64,000 nucleotides of DNA from Acidimicrobiia bacterium (GTDB lineage Bacteria > Actinomycetota > Acidimicrobiia > Acidimicrobiales > Aldehydirespiratoraceae): contig JAHQYM010000002.1 of the NCBI GenBank assembly GCA_024421095.1, positions 4,279-68,278 on the forward strand, given 5' to 3'. Below the pieces are notes generated by a model. The model saw only the letters and a program-made list of their open reading frames with translations, did no database searches and had not been told where the DNA came from. Within the stretch, counting starts at the first letter, position 1; the number at the start of each line of letters is the position of its first letter. Below, in pieces: positions 56,656 to 64,000 of this stretch. The translations under genes were made by a program, and so were the position numbers.

Positions 56656-58439
56656 ACATTACCTTGCCGCAGAAGTTGCTTAATCAAGCCGCTACTAATG
56701 GAGACTTAGTTGCCGTGCGCCACAAGAGGTTAGGCATTTGGCGTGAATACACTTGGCGTGACTACGCCAATAATGCTCGCCTCATCGGTCTCGGCCTGCG
56801 CTGTTTGGGAGTGGTTCGCGGCGACAAAGTAGCAGTCCACGCCGAGAACCGCCCTGAATGGGTTTTTGCTGATCTCGGTAGCCAAGGTATCGGTGCGGTT
56901 ACTGTTGGTGTTTATCCCACCAGCCCGCCTGCCGAAGTCGGTTACCTTCTCGGGCATTCAGAAGCGAAGGTTGTGATAGCCGAAGACGAAGAACAGCTCG
57001 ACAAAACCCTTGAGGTCTGGGATCAACTTGAGAACCTTGAATACGCCGTGGTCATAGACCGCCGTGGTGTGAGGACGCTTGACGACCCCCGCGTCTTGAC
57101 TTTTGAAGAATTGCTGGCACTCGGAGCGCAACAAGAAGCCACCGATTTTGACTCGTCGGTAGCCGCTTTGTCTAATGACGAAGTTGCCATCATCGTTTAC
57201 ACCTCGGGCACCACCGGGCCGCCCAAGGGCGCGATGCTAAGCCACGCCAATATGCACGCCGCTTCCCAAGACTACGACTCGATATTTTCGCTCACCCCAA
57301 GAGACGATGTGCTTTCGTATCTGCCACTGTGCCACATAGCTGAGCGACTAGTTACCGTCATCAACGGAATCAACGCTGGTTACACCGCCAACTTCGGCGA
57401 AGGGGGTGCAGCATTCGTCAACGACCTCCGAGAAGTGCAACCAACGTTTTTCTTGGGTGTCCCTAGGGTTTGGGAAAAAATGCTGGCAACGGTGCAAGTA
57501 CGCATGAACGATGCATCATGGTTGAAACGGCGCAACTACCAATTTTGGATAACCCAAGGCGAACGCCTCGCTAGGGCTCGCATGAACGGCAACCTACGTT
57601 GGCCGGGCCGAGTGTTGTATTTAGTTGGTTCACTGATGTTGTATCGCGCTTTGAAAGAACGTCTTGGTATGAGCCGCTGTCGCAACGCACTATCGGGTGC
57701 CGCTCCGATAGCGCCGCAGATACTTGAGTGGTTTTGGACTATTGGGGTGCCAGTACGAGAAGGTTACGGACAAACCGAAAATTGTGCTCAAGCAACTGTC
57801 AACCCAAGCAATGAGGTGAAGATAGGCACGGTGGGCACAACTGTGCCGGGTGCCGAAGTGTGCGTTGCTGAAGACGGCGAAATTCTCACCCGCGGCGCAG
57901 GCACATTTGTGGGCTATTTCAAGAACCCAGAGGCAACCGCTGAAACCATTGATGCCGATGGCTGGCTGCACACCGGCGATATTGGTGCGTTCGACCAAGA
58001 CGGTTACCTCAAGATCACCGACCGCAAAAAAGACATCATCATCACTGCCGGCGGCAAGAATATTTCACCGTCTGAAATAGAGAACCGCTTGAAAGTGTCG
58101 CCGTTCGTGCGGGAAGCGGTAGTGATCGGCGACCGCCGCAAGTATCTGACCGCACTATTGGGTATCGAATACCAAACCGTCGGAGATTGGGCTACCCGCC
58201 AAGGAGTTACCTACACCACCTATGCAGACCTTTCAGGAAAGCCCGAAGTCCGCACACTGATCAACGCTGTGGTGCAAGAAACCAACCAAGACTTCGCGCA
58301 AGTCGAGACCATCAAACGGTTCGATTTCATGACCGTTGAGTTAGACCACGAAGATGGTCAACTCACCGCCACACAGAAAGTCAAACGGGCAGCCATTGCG
58401 TTACAATTTGAGCCGTTAATTGAGAAGATGTATTCATGA
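56652..58439 (+). CDS. AMP-dependent acyl-CoA synthetase/ligase (long-chain-fatty-acid-CoA-ligase-like) embedded in the ABC operon
   Basis: AMP-binding motif IVYTSGTTGPPKGAMLSH, GYGQTEN, WLHTGDIG, and ITDRKKDIIITAGGKNISP. It has ATGA overlaps with both neighbouring genes. Confidence 0.85.
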   Translation: MNITLPQKLLNQAATNGDLVAVRHKRLGIWREYTWRDYANNARLIGLGLRCLGVVRGDKVAVHAENRPEWVFADLGSQGIGAVTVGVYPTSPPAEVGYLLGHSEAKVVIAEDEEQLDKTLEVWDQLENLEYAVVIDRRGVRTLDDPRVLTFEELLALGAQQEATDFDSSVAALSNDEVAIIVYTSGTTGPPKGAMLSHANMHAASQDYDSIFSLTPRDDVLSYLPLCHIAERLVTVINGINAGYTANFGEGGAAFVNDLREVQPTFFLGVPRVWEKMLATVQVRMNDASWLKRRNYQFWITQGERLARARMNGNLRWPGRVLYLVGSLMLYRALKERLGMSRCRNALSGAAPIAPQILEWFWTIGVPVREGYGQTENCAQATVNPSNEVKIGTVGTTVPGAEVCVAEDGEILTRGAGTFVGYFKNPEATAETIDADGWLHTGDIGAFDQDGYLKITDRKKDIIITAGGKNISPSEIENRLKVSPFVREAVVIGDRRKYLTALLGIEYQTVGDWATRQGVTYTTYADLSGKPEVRTLINAVVQETNQDFAQVETIKRFDFMTVELDHEDGQLTATQKVKRAAIALQFEPLIEKMYS

Positions 58440-59518
58440 CGACCTTCTTGCAGGCGACCTTTGATGGTCTAGCGCTTGGCTCACAGTATGCCCTCATCGT
58501 GCTCGGTTTTGTGGTCATCTACCGTGCGACCGGCATCATCAACTTCGCGCAGGGGGGCGCGCTGCTTCTCGGCGCTTACCTAACCTTTAACGTCAGCACC
58601 ACTTGGGGTTTGAATTACTACCTCGGCGTCATCTTGTCGGTCTTGTTGTGCGCGGGGTTTAGCGTGCTATTGCAACGGACAATGTTGCAGCGAATATTTC
58701 GTGAAAGCGTAGGCATTTTTTTGGGTTTGTTGGCTTGGGCGATACTGGTATTCAACGGCACATCTCACCTAGTGGGGCTTATCGGGGGTGCTGTTATCTG
58801 CGTTTTGGCGTGGTGGGCTACCGCCCGTGTGGAAGCACGATTCGGCGATAGAGGACCATCAGAGTTGCCTTTGTTTGGGGCGATTATGGTAACGATCGGG
58901 GTGTTGTTCGTTGTCAGACAAGTAGCCGCTTCGATTTGGGGTTTTGCCGAACTGAGCGTTGAAGATCCTTGGGAACTCTCAACTGCGAGGCTTGGTGACT
59001 TGGTATTTTTGCATTCTAAGCTTGCGACCATCGGCATGACTGTGCTTGCGCTTTTGGTATTCTTCCTAGTAGACCGCTTCAGCCGTGTCGGCATTGCTAT
59101 GCGAGCCACACATTTTGATCACGAAGCCGCGATAGCCCAAGGAATATCCACCAAGGTTGTTTTTGCTACCGCGTTCGCTATCGCCGGTGGAGCGGCAGCT
59201 TTAGCGGGCGTGGCCGCCACGGCTGGCCCTGCTTTGCTAACGACTAACGTCGACCTAATCGTCTTTTTCGCGTTCCCAGCAATGATTCTCGGGGGTTTGG
59301 ATTCGCCGACTGGTGCTGTGGTAGGTGGAATTTTGGTGGGTTGGGTTCAGAACCTAGTAAAAACTTATGTGGTGGCCCCTCCAAGTTGGTTCCCGTTCGA
59401 AGACCTGGATTGGTTGGGTGCTGGGTTTGAACGTGTAGCGATTTTCGTGGTGATGATTTTGGTTTTGATGCTACGCCCATACGGTTTATTTGGGACGCAG
59501 GAGGTTCGGCGCGTATGA
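58436..59518 (+). CDS. Branched-chain-amino-acid-type ABC permease (LivH-like)
   Basis: A multi-TM protein starting FLQATFDGLALGSQYALIVLGFVVIYRATGIINFAQG, typical of LivH. ATGA coupling on both sides. Confidence 0.85.
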   Translation: MTTFLQATFDGLALGSQYALIVLGFVVIYRATGIINFAQGGALLLGAYLTFNVSTTWGLNYYLGVILSVLLCAGFSVLLQRTMLQRIFRESVGIFLGLLAWAILVFNGTSHLVGLIGGAVICVLAWWATARVEARFGDRGPSELPLFGAIMVTIGVLFVVRQVAASIWGFAELSVEDPWELSTARLGDLVFLHSKLATIGMTVLALLVFFLVDRFSRVGIAMRATHFDHEAAIAQGISTKVVFATAFAIAGGAAALAGVAATAGPALLTTNVDLIVFFAFPAMILGGLDSPTGAVVGGILVGWVQNLVKTYVVAPPSWFPFEDLDWLGAGFERVAIFVVMILVLMLRPYGLFGTQEVRRV

Positions 59519-60660
59519 GGCCCGCCAAGCGCAGCCGAAAGTTGCACGTTGATTACCGTGACGACCTCCGTTTGTTTGGCAACCGCCCACGCAAAGCCTC
59601 ACTCGTGTTCTTGTTGCTGGCTTGGGTTTTCATTCCACTGGTGTGGAATAGCGCACCTTTCACCCTGCTTAGCGGCAAGGGTGTGTCGCTCAACACCTTG
59701 GGGTACGCGGGCATCTTTGCGATAGTTGCGATCGGCTTGAACTTGCTCACTGGTTACACCGGACAGGTTTCACTTGGCCATTCCGTTTTTTTGGCTGTGG
59801 GTGCTTACAGCACTGCCTATGTCGGGTCGGTGTGGGGTTGGCCAATGTGGGTTTGGATTATCTTTGCTCCGGCGCTGGGATGGTTAATTGGTGCTGCTAT
59901 CGGCCCTTTTGCACTGCGCTTGAGGGGCAACTACTTGGTGATTGTCACGCTTGCTCTGGTGTTCATCGGTGAACACATTTTCAAAAACTGGAAAAGTGTG
60001 ACTGGTGGCAACACCGGAACTTCCGCCGCCAACATGCAAGTGCAATTAGGGTTCCTTGACTTTCGAGATCTGAACCTCTTTGGTAAATCTTTTGGGCAAG
60101 ACGAAAGCTATTTCTGGCTGATCTGGTTGCTCGTAGCGCTGGTGGCTTGGCTGACCAAAAATATTGTTCGCACACGGCCCGGCAGAGCACTTCAAGCCGT
60201 CCGTGACCGCGACATCGCCGCTGAAATCATCGGGATTGATGTGGGCGTGCGTGGGTACAAAACCCAAGCATTCGCTTGGTCGGCAGCCATCGCGGCACTT
60301 GCCGGAGCGCTCTACGCACCTTTCCAATCCTTCATCACCCCGGGAGATTTCACGCTCTTAGTGTCGATACAATTTATCGCCATGATTATCTTGGGGGGTA
60401 TGGGCACGATATATGGATCGGTGATCGGCGCGCTGTTGATCACCGCACTACCACGCCTCATTGAGGGTATCTCCGCCGATTATGGGGTGCCCGGTGTGGC
60501 TGCCAAAAGCGCAGAAAGCGGTATTGTCTCGATCGCCTCCCTCAACGTCATCATCTACGGTTTTCTTATCGCTTTGTTCCTGTTGGTAGAACAGCGTGGG
60601 CTGGCGGGAATCTGGGTTCGGGTTCGCAACTATTTTTCAACTTGGCCATTCTCCTACTGA
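59515..60660 (+). CDS. Branched-chain-amino-acid-type ABC permease (LivM-like)
   Basis: A multi-TM protein with LNLLTGYTGQVSLGHSVFLAVGAY, typical of LivM. Confidence 0.85.
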   Translation: MRPAKRSRKLHVDYRDDLRLFGNRPRKASLVFLLLAWVFIPLVWNSAPFTLLSGKGVSLNTLGYAGIFAIVAIGLNLLTGYTGQVSLGHSVFLAVGAYSTAYVGSVWGWPMWVWIIFAPALGWLIGAAIGPFALRLRGNYLVIVTLALVFIGEHIFKNWKSVTGGNTGTSAANMQVQLGFLDFRDLNLFGKSFGQDESYFWLIWLLVALVAWLTKNIVRTRPGRALQAVRDRDIAAEIIGIDVGVRGYKTQAFAWSAAIAALAGALYAPFQSFITPGDFTLLVSIQFIAMIILGGMGTIYGSVIGALLITALPRLIEGISADYGVPGVAAKSAESGIVSIASLNVIIYGFLIALFLLVEQRGLAGIWVRVRNYFSTWPFSY

Positions 60661-60687
60661 GATGTGCCACTAACCCATGGAGGGAAA

Positions 60688-62151
60688 ATGAGAAAGAAAA
60701 CCAGTATCCGTTTGCTAGCAGCAATGCTTGCCTTAGCTCTTGTTGCAGCAGCGTGCGGCGGCGACAGCGCCGAAACCGGGCCGGCCACAACCGCGCCATC
60801 CGCAGACGCTGACAACAACATGGACGAGTCCGAAGACTCCGACGACAACGGCATGGACGAAGACGACAACTCAGACGGCAACAGCATGGATGAAGACGAC
60901 AACTCCGACGGCATGGATGAAGACGACAACGATGGCACAAGCGCCGATGAGGTCACAACCACCACCTCCGAAGCAGTTCCAGCCCCACCCCCAGAACCAA
61001 CACCTGTGCCTGGTTTTGATGGGTCAACAATTAGAGTTGGAGTGATTTCCGACTTGAGTGGCCCGGCCAGCATCATCGGCGTGCCGCTCACGGCCGGTGC
61101 CCAAGTCTATTACGACTACGTCAACAGTCAAGGTGGGATAGCTGGTCGCTACATGATTGAAACTAACGAACAAGACCACCAATACATGCCTTCAATCGCC
61201 TTACAGGTATACAACAGCATCAAAGACGATGTGGTGCTCATCGGCCAACTCTTGGGCACTCCAATCACCAATGCTGTACTTGAGTCATTGAAGCAAGACA
61301 ACATAGTGGCCGCCCCAGCATCCTTAGATTCTTTCTGGGTACGTGAACAGAACTTGCTACCAATCGGTAGCCCATACCAAATTCAGGCAATCAACGGGCT
61401 TGATTGGTGGATTAATGAAGGCGGTGGAAACGTCAACCAAACCTATTGCACTTTCGTCCAAGATGACCCTTACGGCGAAGCGGGGCAAGAAGGGGTAGAG
61501 TTTGCAGCCGAGGCACTTGGTTTCACTATCACCGAAAGCGTGAGTTACGTGGCTGGCGATACAGACTTCTCAGCACAAATTCAACAGTTGAGCAATGCCG
61601 GTTGCGAAGTGGTCTATTTCGTGGCTTTGCCGAACGTGACCGCTCCCGCATTAGGGGAAGCAGCAAGTAAAGAGTTTGCTCCGACTTGGATCAGCGCCTC
61701 ACCAACTTGGGTCAATATCTTAGCGCTCAGTCCGGTGGCAGAGTATTTGCAGAAAACCATGATCATCGTTGGTGAAGGTTCCACTTGGGGCGACACCGAA
61801 GTTGAGGGAATGGGTCCAATGCTTGAACGGCTTGCAGAATTTGCTCCCGACCAAGGCCCCGACTACTACTTCACCTTTGGATACCTGCAAGCGCACGCGG
61901 TGGTGCAAGTGCTTGAAGCCGCGGTTGCTAATGGCGACCTCAGCCGCCAAGGGATTATTGATGCGATGAACAGCCTTGGAGAGGTTTCTTTTGAGGGATT
62001 GGGCGGCGATTACTTCTACGGCGCGCCCGCCGACCGCATCCCCAGCACGGAAAACACCATCTTCAGAGTTAACCCAGCCGTCCCCAACGGTGTGGAAGCC
62101 GAAGTGGTCGGTTACGAAGCATCCTTCGCAAGCGACTTCGCCTTCAACTAA
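60688..62151 (+). CDS. ABC transporter substrate-binding lipoprotein (LivJ/K-type periplasmic-binding fold) with a long acidic repeat linker
   Basis: ATG 60688 is preceded by GGAGGG. The signal plus lipobox reads LLAAMLALALVAAACGG. An acidic linker follows, then a type-I PBP-like body (IRVGVISDLSGPASIIG...). Confidence 0.85.
   Translation: MRKKTSIRLLAAMLALALVAAACGGDSAETGPATTAPSADADNNMDESEDSDDNGMDEDDNSDGNSMDEDDNSDGMDEDDNDGTSADEVTTTTSEAVPAPPPEPTPVPGFDGSTIRVGVISDLSGPASIIGVPLTAGAQVYYDYVNSQGGIAGRYMIETNEQDHQYMPSIALQVYNSIKDDVVLIGQLLGTPITNAVLESLKQDNIVAAPASLDSFWVREQNLLPIGSPYQIQAINGLDWWINEGGGNVNQTYCTFVQDDPYGEAGQEGVEFAAEALGFTITESVSYVAGDTDFSAQIQQLSNAGCEVVYFVALPNVTAPALGEAASKEFAPTWISASPTWVNILALSPVAEYLQKTMIIVGEGSTWGDTEVEGMGPMLERLAEFAPDQGPDYYFTFGYLQAHAVVQVLEAAVANGDLSRQGIIDAMNSLGEVSFEGLGGDYFYGAPADRIPSTENTIFRVNPAVPNGVEAEVVGYEASFASDFAFN
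60811..60933 (+). repeat. In-frame degenerate tandem repeat encoding (D/E/N/S/G)-rich units such as MDEDDNSDG
   Basis: The protein reads DNNMDESEDSDDNGMDEDDNSDGNSMDEDDNSDGMDEDDNDG. The DNA repeats gacgacaac...ggcatggat/cgaagac. Confidence 0.8.
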
Positions 62152-62161
62152 GGGTGCAGCA

Positions 62162-62197
62162 GGTGGGGTGCCCGAGCCTGAGGCACCCCACCTTGTT
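62162..62197 (+). terminator. Strong stem-loop (11-bp perfect stem GGTGGGGTGCC / GGCACCCCACC, 9-nt loop) followed by TTGTT
   Basis: Read directly. It begins 10 nt after the SBP stop codon, and its stem ends 31 nt before the mccB ATG. Confidence 0.65.
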
Positions 62198-62223
62198 CCC
62201 CCGGTTGATTGCAGCCCATATTC

Positions 62224-63870
62224 ATGTTGCGTAATCCTCTAGCACCAACACTGCGTTCAAAACTCGACACCAACGATCCGCAGTTCGCGCGAAATACGCA
62301 GGACATGCTTGAGCAACTCGGGGTGATTGAGGGTTTGCTTGGCGAAGCCGCAGCGGGTGGTGGCCCGGAGCGTACCGCCAGGCTGCGAGAACGGCACAAA
62401 ATGCCTATCCGTGAGCGAATCGCTAACGTAATCGACCCCGATAGCCCGTTCCTAGAGATCAGCCCGATCGCTGCCTACCAATCCGACTACGCAGTGGGCG
62501 GCGGAATGGTTGTCGGTATCGGAGTAATTGCGGACACCGAATGTGTGATCATGGGCAACGACCCCACCGTGCTAGCCGGGGCGCTCACGCCGTATGCATC
62601 AAAGAAATGGCTTCGTGCCTTAGAGATCGCTCGGGATAACCACCTGCCCTACGTGAGCTTCGTGGAATCCGCTGGCGGTGACCTGCGGATCAATCCCGCT
62701 GATCGCTCCAACAAACGTTTCTTGCAAGTTGACCATTTTGCAGAAAGCGGGCGGTTCTTTTATGAAATGATCGAATTGTCTAAACTGCGTATCCCTACAG
62801 TCTGCGTGGTGTTCGGGTCTTCTACCGCCGGTGGCGCATACCAACCCGGCTTGTCCGACTACACGATTATGGTCAAAGACCAATCAAAAATGTTTCTTGG
62901 TGGGCCGCCGTTGGTGAAGATGGCTACTGGTGAAATATCTGCTGACGAAACACTTGGCGGCGCAGAGATGCACGCAACTATTTCCGGGAGCGGCGATTAC
63001 TTCGCTCAAGACGAGATGGATGCGTTGCGGATGTGTCGCGAGGTCGTCTCACATTTGAACATTCGTAATACTGGTGCTGAGCCGAGATTTGCTGCTGATC
63101 CACCAATTTATGACCAAGAAGAACTGCTTGGAATCGTCAGCCGAGACTTAGTCAAAGAAGTTGAGGTGCGTGAGATGCTGGCCCGCACTGTTGATGGATC
63201 GCGTTTTGAGGAATTCAAAGCTCAATGGGGAAGTACTTTGGTGTGTGGATGGGCTTCCGTGCATGGTTACCCGCTGGGGATTCTTGCTAACAACGGTGTG
63301 CTGTACCCCGATGCGGCACAGAAGGGCGCTCACTTTATCCAGTTGTGCAACCAAATTGATGTGCCTTTGCTGTTTGTGCAGAACATCACGGGCTATATGG
63401 TCGGCAAAGATTTTGAGGCTGACGGGATCATCAAAAAAGGTTCGCAAATGCTCAACGCGGTTAGCAATTCTACGGTGCCACACATCACCGTGATCATTGG
63501 TTCAAGTTATGGTGCAGGAACTTACGGTATGTCGGGACGGGCGTTCGGGAACCGGTTCACCTTTTTGTGGCCTACCGCCAAGATCGCGGTGATGGGGCCG
63601 CGGCAGATTGCTGGGGTAATGTCGGAGGTGCGTCGAGGGCAAGCCAAACGTCTTGGTCAAGAGTTTGACGAAGACGGCGACGCGAAGATTGTGGCTGCCG
63701 TTGAAACCGCCCAGGAACGCGGTTCTTTAGCGTTGCGGGCCACAGCCGCAATTAGTGACGATGGCATTATTGACCCGCGCGACACCCGCAACGTTGTTGG
63801 AATGTGCCTTTCGCTGGTGAACAAAGTCCCCATTGAGGGCGCGCAAAGTTACGGAGTGTTTCGCTTGTGA
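62224..63870 (+). CDS. mccB: Methylcrotonyl-CoA carboxylase beta (carboxyltransferase) subunit, AccD1/MccB-like
   Basis: N-terminus with [15 protein letters not shown]...[41 protein letters not shown], and two carboxyltransferase halves (GGAYQP...; GSSYGAG.YGM). It is followed by a biotin carboxylase gene. Confidence 0.85.
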   Translation: MLRNPLAPTLRSKLDTNDPQFARNTQDMLEQLGVIEGLLGEAAAGGGPERTARLRERHKMPIRERIANVIDPDSPFLEISPIAAYQSDYAVGGGMVVGIGVIADTECVIMGNDPTVLAGALTPYASKKWLRALEIARDNHLPYVSFVESAGGDLRINPADRSNKRFLQVDHFAESGRFFYEMIELSKLRIPTVCVVFGSSTAGGAYQPGLSDYTIMVKDQSKMFLGGPPLVKMATGEISADETLGGAEMHATISGSGDYFAQDEMDALRMCREVVSHLNIRNTGAEPRFAADPPIYDQEELLGIVSRDLVKEVEVREMLARTVDGSRFEEFKAQWGSTLVCGWASVHGYPLGILANNGVLYPDAAQKGAHFIQLCNQIDVPLLFVQNITGYMVGKDFEADGIIKKGSQMLNAVSNSTVPHITVIIGSSYGAGTYGMSGRAFGNRFTFLWPTAKIAVMGPRQIAGVMSEVRRGQAKRLGQEFDEDGDAKIVAAVETAQERGSLALRATAAISDDGIIDPRDTRNVVGMCLSLVNKVPIEGAQSYGVFRL

Positions 63871-64000
63871 AACGCATCAACACTTTGCTGATCGCTAATC
63901 GCGGCGAAATTGCCTGTCGGGTGATGCGGGCGGCCACAGAAATGGGAATCCGTTCAGTGGCAGTATTTGTTGATTCCGATGCTGATGCGGTTCATGTTGG
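63867..64000 (+). CDS. Biotin carboxylase / acyl-CoA carboxylase alpha subunit. Partial: only the N-terminus is inside the window.
   Basis: My translation from GTG 63867 (GTGA overlap with the mccB stop) reads [44 protein letters not shown], a typical biotin carboxylase N-terminus. It is not in the ORF track because it runs off the right edge. Confidence 0.85.
   Translation, partial: MKRINTLLIANRGEIACRVMRAATEMGIRSVAVFVDSDADAVHV

Noticed and set aside
60566-61091. Striking Cys/Arg-rich (CRLHPCRRSCRLHPCCC...) and Ser-rich minus-strand ORFs
   Set aside because: They are the reverse-complement reading of the GAC/GAT/GAA-rich acidic repeat in the SBP gene. The periodicity is inherited from that repeat, and they have no independent start context.
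1-64000. A search by eye for CRISPR arrays, rRNA/tRNA genes, IS elements/transposases, integrases and toxin-antitoxin pairs
   Set aside because: I saw no regularly spaced repeats of 25-40 nt. None of the intergenic regions over 70 nt has tRNA-like features (no GGTTCGAnTCC-type T-arm). No DDE/tyrosine/serine recombinase motifs appear in any listed ORF. The absence is provisional because no covariance-model scan could be run.

Overview
The window looks like a core chromosomal segment of an Actinomycetota genome, possibly Acidimicrobiia-like (taxon is inference). My hand counts on a few 60-nt lines give roughly 50-57% GC. Lineage markers are the Pup-proteasome ATPase ARC/Mpa next to trmI, the fused F420 FO synthase FbiC, DUF3151, and an AftD-like GT-C arabinofuranosyltransferase. 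I support about 50 protein-coding genes, densely packed, many joined by ATGA/GTGA/TTGA start-stop overlaps. I found no rRNA, tRNA, CRISPR array, integrase or transposase by eye.

Gene order from left to right:
- arc (partial), a ferredoxin, then a minus-strand unit of tetR, a PBP4-like protein, three small membrane proteins and trmI.
- tkt-tal, an SNF2 helicase with a coupled small ORF, fbiC, and a ClC channel.
- DUF3151-mobA-rnd.
- A low-GC patch (about 21.0-23.3 kb) holding an AAA_16/ORC-like ATPase with a wHTH domain, convergent with a duplicated-domain Cys-rich lipoprotein.
- pyk, a GDPD phosphodiesterase, and an envelope-glycan cluster (FAD oxidoreductase, GT4, AftD-like).
- A 13-kb minus-strand unit hppA-MTHFS-trkA-trkH-trkH-gltB-gltD.
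- A pfkB-family kinase, ung, and a geranylgeranyl reductase.
- A signal-less molybdoenzyme operon (FeS subunit fused to an NrfD-like anchor, a Mo subunit, then ald).
- A Liv-type ABC transporter with an embedded acyl-CoA ligase, followed by methylcrotonyl-CoA carboxylase genes (the last is partial).

The candidates I consider most worth follow-up:
1. The apparently cytoplasm-facing molybdoenzyme with a fused B-C subunit, co-transcribed with ald.
2. The operon linking K+ uptake, glutamate synthesis and a PPase with a K+-dependent-type signature.
3. A PBP4-family protein whose SxxK and KTG motifs are substituted.
4. The low-GC ATPase/lipoprotein patch.

All family assignments rest on motif recognition and recalled alignments. 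No database search was run.
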